From an uncultured Gemmatimonadales bacterium (GTDB lineage Bacteria; Gemmatimonadota; Gemmatimonadetes; Gemmatimonadales; GWC2-71-9), in NCBI GenBank assembly GCA_963798915.1, contig CAWCVB010000002.1:320001-384000 (forward strand): DNA of 64,000 nucleotides, written 5' to 3'. The notes beneath the pieces were generated by a model, which was not told the origin of the DNA, ran no database searches, and saw only the letters and a program-made list of their open reading frames with translations. This document shows, piece after piece, positions 39,027 through 48,420 of the stretch. Position numbers and translations under genes: made by a program. Every line of letters starts with the position of its first letter. The stretch's first letter is position 1.

Positions 39027-39983
39027 TCAGGGGGGGCTGCCATGGTGATCAAGCCAACGCAGCAGTTCGCCTGTGCTGGCGGTGGCGAGTGCGATGCTGG
39101 TGTCCGCCGCACCGTAATAGATATTCAGTGTATCCCCATCGGTGTCGAGCGTGGTACCGCACGGGAAGGCGACGTGGCCCACGTCGCCCACGCATTCATA
39201 TCCGGTTTCGGGGCCAAAAATCCATTCATCGCCGCGGAGCAGGCACTGATCCGGGTGGGTCGCATCAAACAGCGCCAGGCCTAGCCGGTACAGCGCTCCC
39301 GAGGCTGTATGGCGGACGCCATGGTAGAGCATCAGCCATCCGCGCGAGGTCTCGATCAGCGGGGGCGAGAGCCCGATCTTGTTGGCGTCCCACCACGCGC
39401 CCTTCCGGGCCTGCAACACCGGCTTGTGATTGCCCCAGTTGCGGAGATCGGGCGAGAATGACATCCAGATGTGCGCCCCGGTGACGGCCATCGGGCGGTG
39501 CAGCAGCGCGAAACTTCCGTCTACCCGTCGGGGCAGCAGCGCCGCATCCTTGTCCTCCGGCTGCATGATGAGTCCCAGCCGCTCGAAGCTCACGAAGTCG
39601 TTCGTGAGCGCCAGGGCCACGCCGGGGCCGCTCTTGCTGAACGCCGTGTAGACGACCGCGAACTTTCCCAGCTCTTCCATATACGTGATGCGCGGGTCTT
39701 CGATGCCCCAGAGCTCTTCCGGGTGCTGGTCCGGCTCCGGAGGCAGGGTGGGCGCAGCGTCGATCTGCCATCCATCGATGCCATTCGCCGAGCGCGCGGC
39801 ACATAGATGCGAATGACCACGCCGATCTTCCACTCGGCAGAGCAGCAGCGTGGTGCCGTCCTCCAGCCGCGTGGCCGCGGGATTGAACACGGTGTGCGCG
39901 GGATAGGGCCAGTCCGCGGCCGTCAGGATAGGGTTGCTGTCGTGACGGTGAAGGAGCGTGGGATAACGGGATGAAGCGGTCAT
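39027..39983 (-). CDS. GH130-like glycosidase / mannoside phosphorylase
   Basis: NPIL, VFNPAA, WGIEDPRI, EDKDAAL, WLMLYHGV, YYGAADT. ATGA overlap with the glycosyltransferase. Confidence 0.9.
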   Translation of the reverse strand: MTASSRYPTLLHRHDSNPILTAADWPYPAHTVFNPAATRLEDGTTLLLCRVEDRRGHSHLCAARSANGIDGWQIDAAPTLPPEPDQHPEELWGIEDPRITYMEELGKFAVVYTAFSKSGPGVALALTNDFVSFERLGLIMQPEDKDAALLPRRVDGSFALLHRPMAVTGAHIWMSFSPDLRNWGNHKPVLQARKGAWWDANKIGLSPPLIETSRGWLMLYHGVRHTASGALYRLGLALFDATHPDQCLLRGDEWIFGPETGYECVGDVGHVAFPCGTTLDTDGDTLNIYYGAADTSIALATASTGELLRWLDHHGSPP

Positions 39984-42259
39984 GCGGGCGTGCCTTGTGG
40001 CAGGTGGGTGGCGACCGCGGCCAACTGGGCTGCGCGCATGTCGAGGAGTGCCTGCAGAAAGGAGATCGTGGACTCGGCGCCCTGGTTCTCGTTGGCCCGG
40101 TCGGCATGCAATCCATCCCGGCACCCACCGGAAGACGGATCGTACAGCGACAGCTGCAGGTCGTTCCGTCCGACGAACCAGTCGAAAGCCCAGCGCGCAC
40201 GGTCCAGCCAGACTGTGCCTCCAGCGGCACGATGGGCGGCCAGGCATGCCGATACCATGCCGGCAGCTTCCACCGGTTGCTGGTCAAATTGGGCGGTGGC
40301 GGCGCCGCGCTGGAGAAAGCCGTTGGACCCGATGGGCGTAAAATGGCCTTCCGGTGAGCGCTGCACGGACAGGAGCCAGGTCAGCGACGCGAGCCCGGCC
40401 TGGAGCATCGGCTGGTGCTGCATTTGCGTTCCCGAAGCGATCAGAGCCTCACACAGCCGGGCATTGCAGTAGGTCACGCGATCCTCGAACCAGCACCAGT
40501 CGGGGCCGCTGGTGGCCTGATGCAGGGCCAGCAGGCGCTCGGCCAGCACGGAGCGGATCGCTTCCACGGCCCGGTCTCCCTTGAACGCATCGAGGTAGTG
40601 ATCCACGCCGATGAGCGCATAGGCCCACGCCCTCGGACTGCCAAAATCGAGGACGGCCGGAAGTGCCAGATGAAAGAGATCGCCTGCCAGGCTTCGCGTG
40701 CCGGGCGTGTCCGAGCGTCCGACCACCGCGCCGAGCGCCCAGAGGGCGCGGCCGTGGCTGTCCTCCGACCCCGAAGCTTCGGTCCACTCGCGCGCGAACG
40801 ACATGAAATTGCGAAAGCGCCCGGTGTCCCGCTTGAACGCATGGCTGACGAACGCCAGGTATCGCCCGGTGAGCGCGCTGATCGCGGCCCGCTCATCGGT
40901 TCCCGATTCCTCGATCGACGCCGTCAGCAGCAGCGCGCGGGCATTGTCGTCCAGGCAATACCCGTCTTCATAGCGCGGTACGCTGTACCGCGCGTGCTGC
41001 AGCACGCCGGTATCGTCGGTCAGGCGCCGGAGATGCGACAGGTTCAGCTCGGGCAGTCCGGCGGGCCTGGCCGCCAGCGTATGGGCGATGAGCCGGGTGC
41101 GCTTCTGGTGCGCATGGCCCTCGCGTGCGTGCTCAAAACTCGTGAGGTATGCCCGGGCCACCGACGGCCAGTGCATGCCATGTCCGAAGGCGGCCGCGCG
41201 CCGGCCCAGGGCCCGGCGCGCCGGTTCGTCTTCGAGAAGCCGGCTCACCGCATCGGCCAGCGCCGGTGCATCGCGCCAGGGAACCAGCACGCCGCGTCCG
41301 TCAGCAAGCAGCTCACTGGCGTAGCGATAGGGCGTGGAAATGACCGCCTTGCCAGCGCCCACGGCATAGGCCAGCGCACCGGAGGTGATCTGCTCCGGCT
41401 GCAGATAGGGCGTGATGCAGATATCGGCTGCGGCCAGAAAATCGGCCAGCTCTTCCGCACTGGCGAACCGATTGTGGAAAATGACGTTGGCCTCCACGCC
41501 AAGTTCGCGGGAGCGGGCCTCCAGCGACAGCCGGTAGGCCTCGCCATGGCGTTCCTTCACGTGCGGGTGTGTGGCACCGAGCACAATGTAGACCGCGTCG
41601 GGAAAGCGAGAGAGAATGGCCGGCAGGGCATCGAGCACGTACTCGATGCCCTTGTCGGGCGAGAGCAGCCCGAAGGTGAACAGCACCGGTCGCGCGTCCA
41701 CGCCGAGCCGTTCCTTGGCCTCAGTCGCGGGAGGCACTTGCGGGCTGCCGTGGGGGATCAGGTCGATCCTGGACTCCGGCACGCCGTATCGGTCGCGCAG
41801 CAGGGTGGCGCCATGTTCGCTCATCACCACCAGGCGGTCCGACAGGGCGGCGAGTTCGCCCATGACCGCCCGCTGGTTGTCGTTGGGCTCGCCCAGCACC
41901 GTGTGCAGGGTGCTGACGATGGGCGTCTGCAGCGCACGGAGCATGCTGAGGAGGTGGCTGCCCGCCTTGCCGCCGAAGATGCCGAATTCGTGCTGCACCG
42001 ACAGCACATCCACGGCATTGATGTTCAGAAAGTCCGCTGCGCGGAGATACGCGTCGCTGTCCGTTTCAGACAGCTCGAAACGGACCTCTGCCGGGTAGGC
42101 ATGCCGCCGCCCCGGGTCGTTCATCGCCAGCACGATACGATCAATTCCGGGGAACTCGGCCCCGATGGCCGCGCTCAGGTCGGTCGTGAAGGTGGCGATC
42201 CCGCACTGGCGCGGGAGATGGGTCCCCAGGAAGGCGATGCGGGCGATAGGCCGCGTCAA
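39980..42259 (-). CDS. GT4 glycosyltransferase with C-terminal (alpha/alpha)6-like domain
   Basis: PRQCGIATFT, QHEFGIFGG, FGLLSPDKGIE, QITSG, GYCLDDNAR, FDQQPVE, NENQGAES. TTG start overlaps the HTH gene stop. Confidence 0.88.
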   Translation of the reverse strand: MTRPIARIAFLGTHLPRQCGIATFTTDLSAAIGAEFPGIDRIVLAMNDPGRRHAYPAEVRFELSETDSDAYLRAADFLNINAVDVLSVQHEFGIFGGKAGSHLLSMLRALQTPIVSTLHTVLGEPNDNQRAVMGELAALSDRLVVMSEHGATLLRDRYGVPESRIDLIPHGSPQVPPATEAKERLGVDARPVLFTFGLLSPDKGIEYVLDALPAILSRFPDAVYIVLGATHPHVKERHGEAYRLSLEARSRELGVEANVIFHNRFASAEELADFLAAADICITPYLQPEQITSGALAYAVGAGKAVISTPYRYASELLADGRGVLVPWRDAPALADAVSRLLEDEPARRALGRRAAAFGHGMHWPSVARAYLTSFEHAREGHAHQKRTRLIAHTLAARPAGLPELNLSHLRRLTDDTGVLQHARYSVPRYEDGYCLDDNARALLLTASIEESGTDERAAISALTGRYLAFVSHAFKRDTGRFRNFMSFAREWTEASGSEDSHGRALWALGAVVGRSDTPGTRSLAGDLFHLALPAVLDFGSPRAWAYALIGVDHYLDAFKGDRAVEAIRSVLAERLLALHQATSGPDWCWFEDRVTYCNARLCEALIASGTQMQHQPMLQAGLASLTWLLSVQRSPEGHFTPIGSNGFLQRGAATAQFDQQPVEAAGMVSACLAAHRAAGGTVWLDRARWAFDWFVGRNDLQLSLYDPSSGGCRDGLHADRANENQGAESTISFLQALLDMRAAQLAAVATHLPQGTPA

Positions 42260-42483
42260 CCGCGCCGGCGTTTCTTGTCCGGCACCCACTGCAGCAGGTC
42301 GCCGGGTTGCACCTCGAGCGCCGCACACAGCCGGTCGAGCGTATCGGCGGTGAACCGGCCGAACTGCAGGTCCGGATCGGCCAGGCGATACGCTGTTGGC
42401 GGGGTCAGGCCGGTGGCCTGCGACAGGCGGTAGGGCGTCCATCCCTTGCGTTTCAGGGCCTCGGCCAGCCGGAAGCGGATCAT
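42256..42483 (-). CDS. Cro/C1-type HTH regulator
   Basis: TPYRLSQATGLT..TAYRL, TLDRLCAALEVQPGDLL. Confidence 0.88.
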   Translation of the reverse strand: MIRFRLAEALKRKGWTPYRLSQATGLTPPTAYRLADPDLQFGRFTADTLDRLCAALEVQPGDLLQWVPDKKRRRG

Positions 42484-42555
42484 GGAGGCGATCGGAAGCG
42501 GGGAAGCCAAAGTAAGACCAGGAGTAATCACGTGTGACAATATTAATACCACGTC

Positions 42556-43182
42556 TTATGTATGCACAGTGGTGTCGAAGAAATCCACTTCGCCCGTCTC
42601 CAGCGAATACTCCGCCCCCACCACCAGCAGCCCGTCGGCCTGGATCAGCTCCTCCAGGATTTCCGACCCATGGCGCAGATGATTGACCGAGGCCAGGATA
42701 TTGGCGCGGACGGCCTCGGCTGAGAGCGCTACTGGGTCCCGGGCCAACTCGGTATGCAGCAACGGTTCCACCGACGGGCGGATCCGGTCCACGATCGCTC
42801 GGACATTGCGGGAGTGGCTGCCGGACGGATTCCGGAGGTCCTCCAGGGTCGCGGCGATGGCGCCGCACTCCGAGTGGCCCAGGACGACCACCAGGCGAGT
42901 GCCAAAGGTGTCAGCGGCAAATTCGACGCTGCCGACCAGGGACGGCGCCACGATGTTGCCCGCGACCCGGATGACGAACAGGTCACCCAACCCCTGGTCA
43001 AAGACCAGTTCCGCCGGCACCCGCGCATCGGAGCAGCCCAGGATGATGGCGATCGGCTCCTGGACCTGGGGAAGCGACAGGTGCGTGCCGGCGACTGACC
43101 GGCCGTGCGTGCCGCGCACGCTGGCCACGAAGCGGCGGTTGCCATCCTGCAGGCGGGCGAGTGCGTCGCGGGCTGAGAGCAT
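42556..43182 (-). CDS. Beta-class carbonic anhydrase
   Basis: GCSDARV, GDLFVIRVAGN, LGHSECGA. Confidence 0.95.
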   Translation of the reverse strand: MLSARDALARLQDGNRRFVASVRGTHGRSVAGTHLSLPQVQEPIAIILGCSDARVPAELVFDQGLGDLFVIRVAGNIVAPSLVGSVEFAADTFGTRLVVVLGHSECGAIAATLEDLRNPSGSHSRNVRAIVDRIRPSVEPLLHTELARDPVALSAEAVRANILASVNHLRHGSEILEELIQADGLLVVGAEYSLETGEVDFFDTTVHT

Positions 43183-43222
43183 CAGTCTGAGGTCCTGTGG
43201 GTGAAGGAAGGGCCTCCCGTCG

Positions 43223-43687
43223 TCAATCCAGCGCCTTGCGATAGACATGCTGGCTCTTGATGCGGGCGTAACCGTACTTGGCATAGAAGGGGTGTGACTC
43301 CGCCCGTGGTACCGCGCTGCGTACCGAGATGGCGGTCAGCCCTCGCTGGCGGGCCCACGCCTCGACCGCCTGCAGCAGCTGAGCGCCCACGCCCAGCCGG
43401 CGGCAGGACGCGTCAACGACCAGCCCGAGAATTTCGCAGCGCCGCCCAATTTCAAAAAGATCCTGCTCGGCGGCGTGGACCCAGCCCGCAGCCGCTCCCA
43501 TCCGTTCCGCCACCAGCAGCGCGTCGCGCTCGCTGGCGCCCAGCCGCTCAATCCGCTCCCGGGCGAGCTCGGGAGTGAGCGGGTAGCCCAGTTGCCCACA
43601 GAGCGACGCCATCCGCTCGGCGTCGGCAACGCGTGCCGGGCGGATCCGGGTCGCAGGATCGGGGCAGTTTGAGCTCGGTTGCTGCAT
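43223..43687 (-). CDS. GNAT acetyltransferase
   Basis: GQLGYP, LVVD..RRLGVGAQLL, SHPFYAKYGY. Confidence 0.85.
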   Translation of the reverse strand: MQQPSSNCPDPATRIRPARVADAERMASLCGQLGYPLTPELARERIERLGASERDALLVAERMGAAAGWVHAAEQDLFEIGRRCEILGLVVDASCRRLGVGAQLLQAVEAWARQRGLTAISVRSAVPRAESHPFYAKYGYARIKSQHVYRKALD

Positions 43688-43834
43688 TGCTGGTCCTCGC
43701 GAAGCGTCGAATACCGCCTCCAACATGCGCGCGTTCCGCATGCACGGCAATTGTCTCCTGCGTGCCGCCAGCATCCGGCTCACAACGACATCTGCGTCAT
43801 CGGGATGGTTTGTGGATACGTTCCGGTCTCCTTA

Positions 43835-43898
43835 CTTTCGTGCTTTCGTGCTTTCGTGCTTTCGTGCTTTCGTGCTTTCGTGCTTTCGTGCTTTCGTG
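43835..43898 (+). repeat. (CTTTCGTG)8 perfect octamer array
   Basis: Read directly; the reverse complement of this unit occurs at 18385-18415. Confidence 0.95.
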
Positions 43899-43948
43899 TG
43901 CGCTGTTGCGGGGCCGCTCGATGCCAGGGCGGGCTGGGTCGGAGCTCT

Positions 43949-44233
43949 GCCCGGGCGTCCCGGCATGGATGAGGGAGGGGCGGGTCAGAGACCCGCCCGG
44001 GCATCCCGGCATGGATGAGGGAGGGGCGGGTCAGAGACCCGCCCGGGCATCCCGGCATGGATGAGGGAGGGGCGGGTCAGCGATCCGCCCGGGCATCCCG
44101 GCATGGATGAGGGAGGGGCGGGTCAGAGACCCGCCCGGGCATCCCGGCATGGATGAAGGGAGGGGCGGGTCAGAGACCCGCCCGGGCATCCCGGCATGGA
44201 TGAGGGAGGGGCGGGTCAGAGACCCGCCCTTAC
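43949..44233. repeat. BIME-like tandem array: 6 x 46-bp unit carrying the REP hairpin GGGCGGGTC-AGA-GACCCGCCC
   Basis: Units start at 43949, 43995, 44041, 44087, 44133 and 44180. The array ends in CCCTTAC (GTAAGGG on the - strand). Same hairpin as the REP at 7273. Confidence 0.93.
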
Positions 44234-44255
44234 GGTTCAGGTGTTCGGGGGCGTC

Positions 44256-47018
44256 ATGTCCGTCACGCTGGTCGTTTTTGCGGCTGCGCTCGCAGCCACC
44301 CCGCAGCTCCCGCCTGTCGCGGCGCCGCTCGGCGTCACTGATCTTCGCACCGAGTATCTCAGCGAGCCGCTTGGCATGGACGTGCTCCGCCCCCGGCTGA
44401 GCTGGCGTCTGGTGAGCACCAGCCGTAATACGCTGCAGACGGCGTATCAGATCGCCGTCTCGACCGACTCGGCCAAGCTCCGCACTGGCGGGTCGCTGGT
44501 CTGGAGCTCCGGCCGGGTCGCGTCGAATGCGTCAGTCTTCGTCGAGTACGGTGGCCCTGCGCTGCAATCGGCTACGCGCTACTACTGGAGGGTGCGGGTC
44601 TGGGATGCCGCAGGCCATGCCTCCGAATGGAGCGCTCCGTCCTGGTGGGAGACCGGGCTGCTGGATCGAAGCGACTGGACCGCGCGCTGGATCCGTCCGC
44701 CCGACGCCAACCACGATTCGGCCGGCGGCCCCGCACCGATGCTCCGCCGCGTCTTCACCCTTGCCGGGCCAGTGCGCTCGGCCCGGCTCTACGTGACCAG
44801 TCTCGGACTGTACCAGTTGCAGCTCAACGGGCACCGGGTCGGTGCCGATGTCTTCACTCCCGGCTGGACCAGCTACGGCAAGCGGCTCCAGTACCAGACC
44901 TACGACGTTACCGAGCTGCTTACCGCGGGAGGCAATGCGCTCGGCGCCACGCTCGGCGACGGATGGTACCGTGGCCACCTCGGCTTCGAGGACCGGCAGA
45001 ACCGGTACGGCAGGCAGGTCGCGCTGCTGCTTCAGCTCGACGTGCGCTATGCCGACGGACACAGTGTGCGGATCGTATCCGACGCCGACTGGAAAGCGGC
45101 CACCGGCCCGATCCTGATGTCTGACATCTACGGCGGCGAGACATATGACGCGCGGCGGGAGCGCCGCGGCTGGACCACCGCGACATATGACGATGGTGAC
45201 TGGCGTCCGGTCGCCATGGCGACTACACCGGCCGTCACGCTGGTCGCACCGGTCTCCGAGCCGGTTCGCCGCATCGAGGAGATCAGGCCGGTCGCCATCC
45301 TGCGCACACCGGCCGGCCAGACGGTGTTCGATCTGGGGCAGAACATCACGGGGTGGGTCCGGCTTCGGGTGACCGGGGCGGCGGGCACCACGGTCGTCCT
45401 GCGCCATGCGGAAGTGCTCGACAAGAACGGCAACGCTTACTTCGACAATCTCAGGAATGCCGCGCAGACCGATCGATACACGCTGAAGGGTGGCGCCGAG
45501 GAGGTGTACGAGCCGCACTTCACCTATCACGGGTTCCGCTACGTCACCGTCGAAGGGCTGCCGGCGCCGCCGACGCTCGAGACGATCACCGGAATCGTGG
45601 TCCATTCGGATCTCCGGGAGACCGGTCGCTTCGCGACCTCCGATACGATGCTGAATCGGCTGCAGCACAATATCGTCTGGGGGCAGCGCGGCAATTTCCT
45701 CGATGTACCGACCGACTGTCCTCAGCGCGACGAGCGGCTCGGCTGGACCGGCGACGCCCAGGTTTTTGCCCGCACGGCAGCGTTCAACATGTTCGTGCCT
45801 GGCTTCTTCGCGAAGTGGCTGGCCGATCTCACGGCGGACCAGCATCCGGGCGGCAGTGTCCCCTGGGTGATTCCCAACCCGATGGGCGGCGACTCGACGA
45901 CCTATGCCGGCGCGGCTGGATGGGCTGACGCCGCCGTGGTGGTGCCTTGGACGATGTACCTCGTGTATGGCGACCGCCGCCTGCTGGAGCGCCAGTATCC
46001 CAGCATGCGAGCCTGGGTCGAATATGCCCATCGCCAGACAGGGCCCGACCTGATCTGGCGTTCCGGTCGCCACTTCGGCGACTGGCTCGCCTGGCACAGC
46101 GATGATGCATCATACCCCGGCGCCACGACCGGCAAGGATTTCATCGCAACCGCGTACCTCGCGCACTCGACCGATCTGGTCGCACGGGCCGCCGCGGTGC
46201 TCGGGCGCACCGCTGATGCGCGGAAGTACACCGCGAGGTTCGCCGCGCTCCGCGCCGCGTTCCGACGGGAGTTCGTGTCGCCAGGCGGGCGGGTGGCCGA
46301 GAATACCCAGACCGCCTACGCGATGTCACTCAATTTCGGGCTGGTGGCGCCGAGCGACGTCGCGGGGGATGCCCAACGGCTGGCGGACAACATTCGCGCG
46401 CACGGCGGCCACCTGTCCACCGGATTTCTGGGCACGCCCGAGCTGACTCAGGCGCTCTCTCGTAACGGACATCTCGACGACGCATATCGGCTGCTGCTGC
46501 AGCGCGGGTATCCATCCTGGCTGTATCCGATCACCCGGGGCGCCACGACGATGTGGGAGCGCTGGGACGGCATCCGTCCCGACAGCTCGTTCGAGGAGCC
46601 GAGCATGAATTCGTTCAACCACTACGCCTTCGGCGCGGTGGGGGACTGGATGTACCGGGTGATCGGCGGCATCAACCTCGATCCGGCGGCGCCAGGGTAC
46701 AAGCACGCACGCATCGCGCCACGGCCGGGTGGCGGGCTCACCAGCGCCAGCGCCGCGATCGAAACGCTGTACGGTACTCTGGCGACCGCATGGCGCCAGG
46801 ACAGCGCCGGGTTCTCGCTGGATATAGACGTTCCCGCCAACACATCGGCGACGGTGACGTTGTGGGATGCAGCGGCTGCCCAGGTGCTTGAAGGGGACGG
46901 TCCGCTCCAAGGGGCCGAGGGAATTCGATCAGTACGGCAGCAAGGAAAGGATCTCGTGCTGGAGGTCGGATCGGGACACTACGCGCTCCGGGTCATCCCG
47001 CCTCACCACGCAGGCTGA
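44256..47018 (+). CDS. Alpha-L-rhamnosidase (GH78)
   Basis: PRLSW, FDLGQN, FTYHGFRY, PTDCPQRDERLGWTGD, GATTMWERW, MNSFNHY. Confidence 0.95.
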   Translation: MSVTLVVFAAALAATPQLPPVAAPLGVTDLRTEYLSEPLGMDVLRPRLSWRLVSTSRNTLQTAYQIAVSTDSAKLRTGGSLVWSSGRVASNASVFVEYGGPALQSATRYYWRVRVWDAAGHASEWSAPSWWETGLLDRSDWTARWIRPPDANHDSAGGPAPMLRRVFTLAGPVRSARLYVTSLGLYQLQLNGHRVGADVFTPGWTSYGKRLQYQTYDVTELLTAGGNALGATLGDGWYRGHLGFEDRQNRYGRQVALLLQLDVRYADGHSVRIVSDADWKAATGPILMSDIYGGETYDARRERRGWTTATYDDGDWRPVAMATTPAVTLVAPVSEPVRRIEEIRPVAILRTPAGQTVFDLGQNITGWVRLRVTGAAGTTVVLRHAEVLDKNGNAYFDNLRNAAQTDRYTLKGGAEEVYEPHFTYHGFRYVTVEGLPAPPTLETITGIVVHSDLRETGRFATSDTMLNRLQHNIVWGQRGNFLDVPTDCPQRDERLGWTGDAQVFARTAAFNMFVPGFFAKWLADLTADQHPGGSVPWVIPNPMGGDSTTYAGAAGWADAAVVVPWTMYLVYGDRRLLERQYPSMRAWVEYAHRQTGPDLIWRSGRHFGDWLAWHSDDASYPGATTGKDFIATAYLAHSTDLVARAAAVLGRTADARKYTARFAALRAAFRREFVSPGGRVAENTQTAYAMSLNFGLVAPSDVAGDAQRLADNIRAHGGHLSTGFLGTPELTQALSRNGHLDDAYRLLLQRGYPSWLYPITRGATTMWERWDGIRPDSSFEEPSMNSFNHYAFGAVGDWMYRVIGGINLDPAAPGYKHARIAPRPGGGLTSASAAIETLYGTLATAWRQDSAGFSLDIDVPANTSATVTLWDAAAAQVLEGDGPLQGAEGIRSVRQQGKDLVLEVGSGHYALRVIPPHHAG

Positions 47019-47055
47019 CGCATTGTGGCGGGCAGCTTGTCAGAAAGAAGCGCCC

Positions 47056-47157
47056 GCGGCGGACGTGCTGGTCACCGGTGACCGTGACCTCCTCGACCTT
47101 GGTGACCGCGCACCGCTGCCCGTCCTGACCCCGCGGGGTTCATGGGAGCGGTTGCGA
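47056..47157 (+). pseudogene. C-terminal remnant of a PIN-domain (TIGR00305-like) toxin gene
   Basis: ADVLVTGDRDLLDL...PVLTPRG.WERLR, with no recognisable 5' part. Confidence 0.6.
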
Positions 47158-47172
47158 TTTCACCCGCAATCA

Positions 47173-47535
47173 CTATGTCCACTGATTGTCGATGCAACGA
47201 AGCAGATTGCCGTCGGGGTCGACAAGCGCGAACATGCGAAGCCCATGCTGCACATCGGGCGGAGTGAGGCGGGGAATCGACCGGCAATCGCTCGGCAAGC
47301 CGGCCTCTTGAAAGGAGGCATACAAACTGTCCAGATCATCCACACGAATGCAGGCGCTGGAGAAGCTTCGTCGTGGATTGCCATTGAGTGGGAAGAATTC
47401 AATCTCCAAGGGGCCGCGGGACAGAATCATCCAGCCCTCATCCTTGAAGCCGACGTGGAAGCCGAGTGCTTCGTAAAACGCAGCCGTTTTGTCAAAATTC
47501 CCGCTCGGCAGATTTGCCGTCACGCGATCGCTCAT
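47173..47535 (-). CDS. Bleomycin resistance protein (VOC family, Ble-MBL-like)
   Basis: T.NLPS..FD.T..FY..LGF....KD.GWMIL.RG.L..EFFP, C.R.DDLD, GLR...L.DPD..L.R.I.N. Confidence 0.8.
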   Translation of the reverse strand: MSDRVTANLPSGNFDKTAAFYEALGFHVGFKDEGWMILSRGPLEIEFFPLNGNPRRSFSSACIRVDDLDSLYASFQEAGLPSDCRSIPRLTPPDVQHGLRMFALVDPDGNLLRCIDNQWT

Positions 47536-47624
47536 GGAGCTCGTCTTCCTTTCAGGCTTGCGTTCCTGGAACCCAGGCCGCCCTCTGTATGGCAGCTTCC
47601 GTCCAACCGATTACTCTGAAGGTG

Positions 47625-48059
47625 TCATGACGTCCTGATGGCGATCCCGAACCTGACGCCGCGAACCTCGAAGAGGCGACGGGTGGTACCGGGGATGTAG
47701 TGCGCTTCCTCGGTCGGGTCCAACTGGTTCTTGGTCTGATAGCCCAGCAGTTCTCCGTGTGCATCGACCACTGCCGCGACAATCTGCGACCCCGCCGCGG
47801 TGACCCATTCCATGCCGACAATCGTGGCGATCCGATGCTTGCGGGCCGAGGCGCTGATGACGCTGAGCGCCAGCGCCTGCTGTGTTGCATCAAAGGCCGG
47901 CACGTCAAAGTCCAGTCCGCGCAGCCCTGGCAGGTAGGCTTCCGGGAAGCAGACCAGGTCGGCGCCAGCGTCGGCGGCACGGCCCATCAAGCCATCGACC
48001 CGTGCGAGGCCGTCATCCAGCGACGATGCAATGCGGGGTGATGCCAGCGCAATCTTCAT
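47625..48059 (-). pseudogene. Truncated carbon-nitrogen hydrolase (nitrilase family)
   Basis: LVCFPEAY and YQTKNQL are present, but the ORF stops at FGIAI, just before the expected catalytic Cys. Confidence 0.8.
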
Positions 48060-48072
48060 TGCTGGTCCCATA

Positions 48073-48420
48073 TCATGCGGAGCGGGGCGGAACCCGGCGC
48101 AGCCGGTTGGCCAGCCGCCAACCTCGCACGGTGCCGCCCATCGCGCCCGTAATCAGCGCGACACTGTAGATCAGGACCGTGGCGTCGGGCCCGATCGCGG
48201 CAACCGCCGGGACGACCAGCACGAGCACGAGGAGCAACGCGCCGGTAGCGATCAGGTCCCGACCGGCCACCTCGTTCACCTCGTACCAGACGTGTTCGTC
48301 CTCGAGCGTGGCCTTGACCCGGAAACCGTACCAGAGGTTGGGGGCCACTCGCCGCCGGGCGAGCGGCAGGCCGAGCCCGATGAGCATTAGCGCGAGCAAG
48401 CCAAACAGCAGGCTCACCAT
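48073..48420 (-). CDS. SdpI family membrane protein
   Basis: PNLWYGFR...TL....VWYEVN..AG. Confidence 0.82.
   Translation of the reverse strand: MVSLLFGLLALMLIGLGLPLARRRVAPNLWYGFRVKATLEDEHVWYEVNEVAGRDLIATGALLLVLVLVVPAVAAIGPDATVLIYSVALITGAMGGTVRGWRLANRLRRVPPRSA

Noticed and set aside
43949..44233. Possible CRISPR array
   Set aside because: The units are near-identical over their whole length (no unique spacers), the hairpin matches a dispersed REP, and no cas genes are present.
47160..47615. Integron cassette around the ble-like gene (GTTGGAC upstream on the - strand)
   Set aside because: There is no matching RYYYAAC or attC hairpin after the gene and no integrase in the window.
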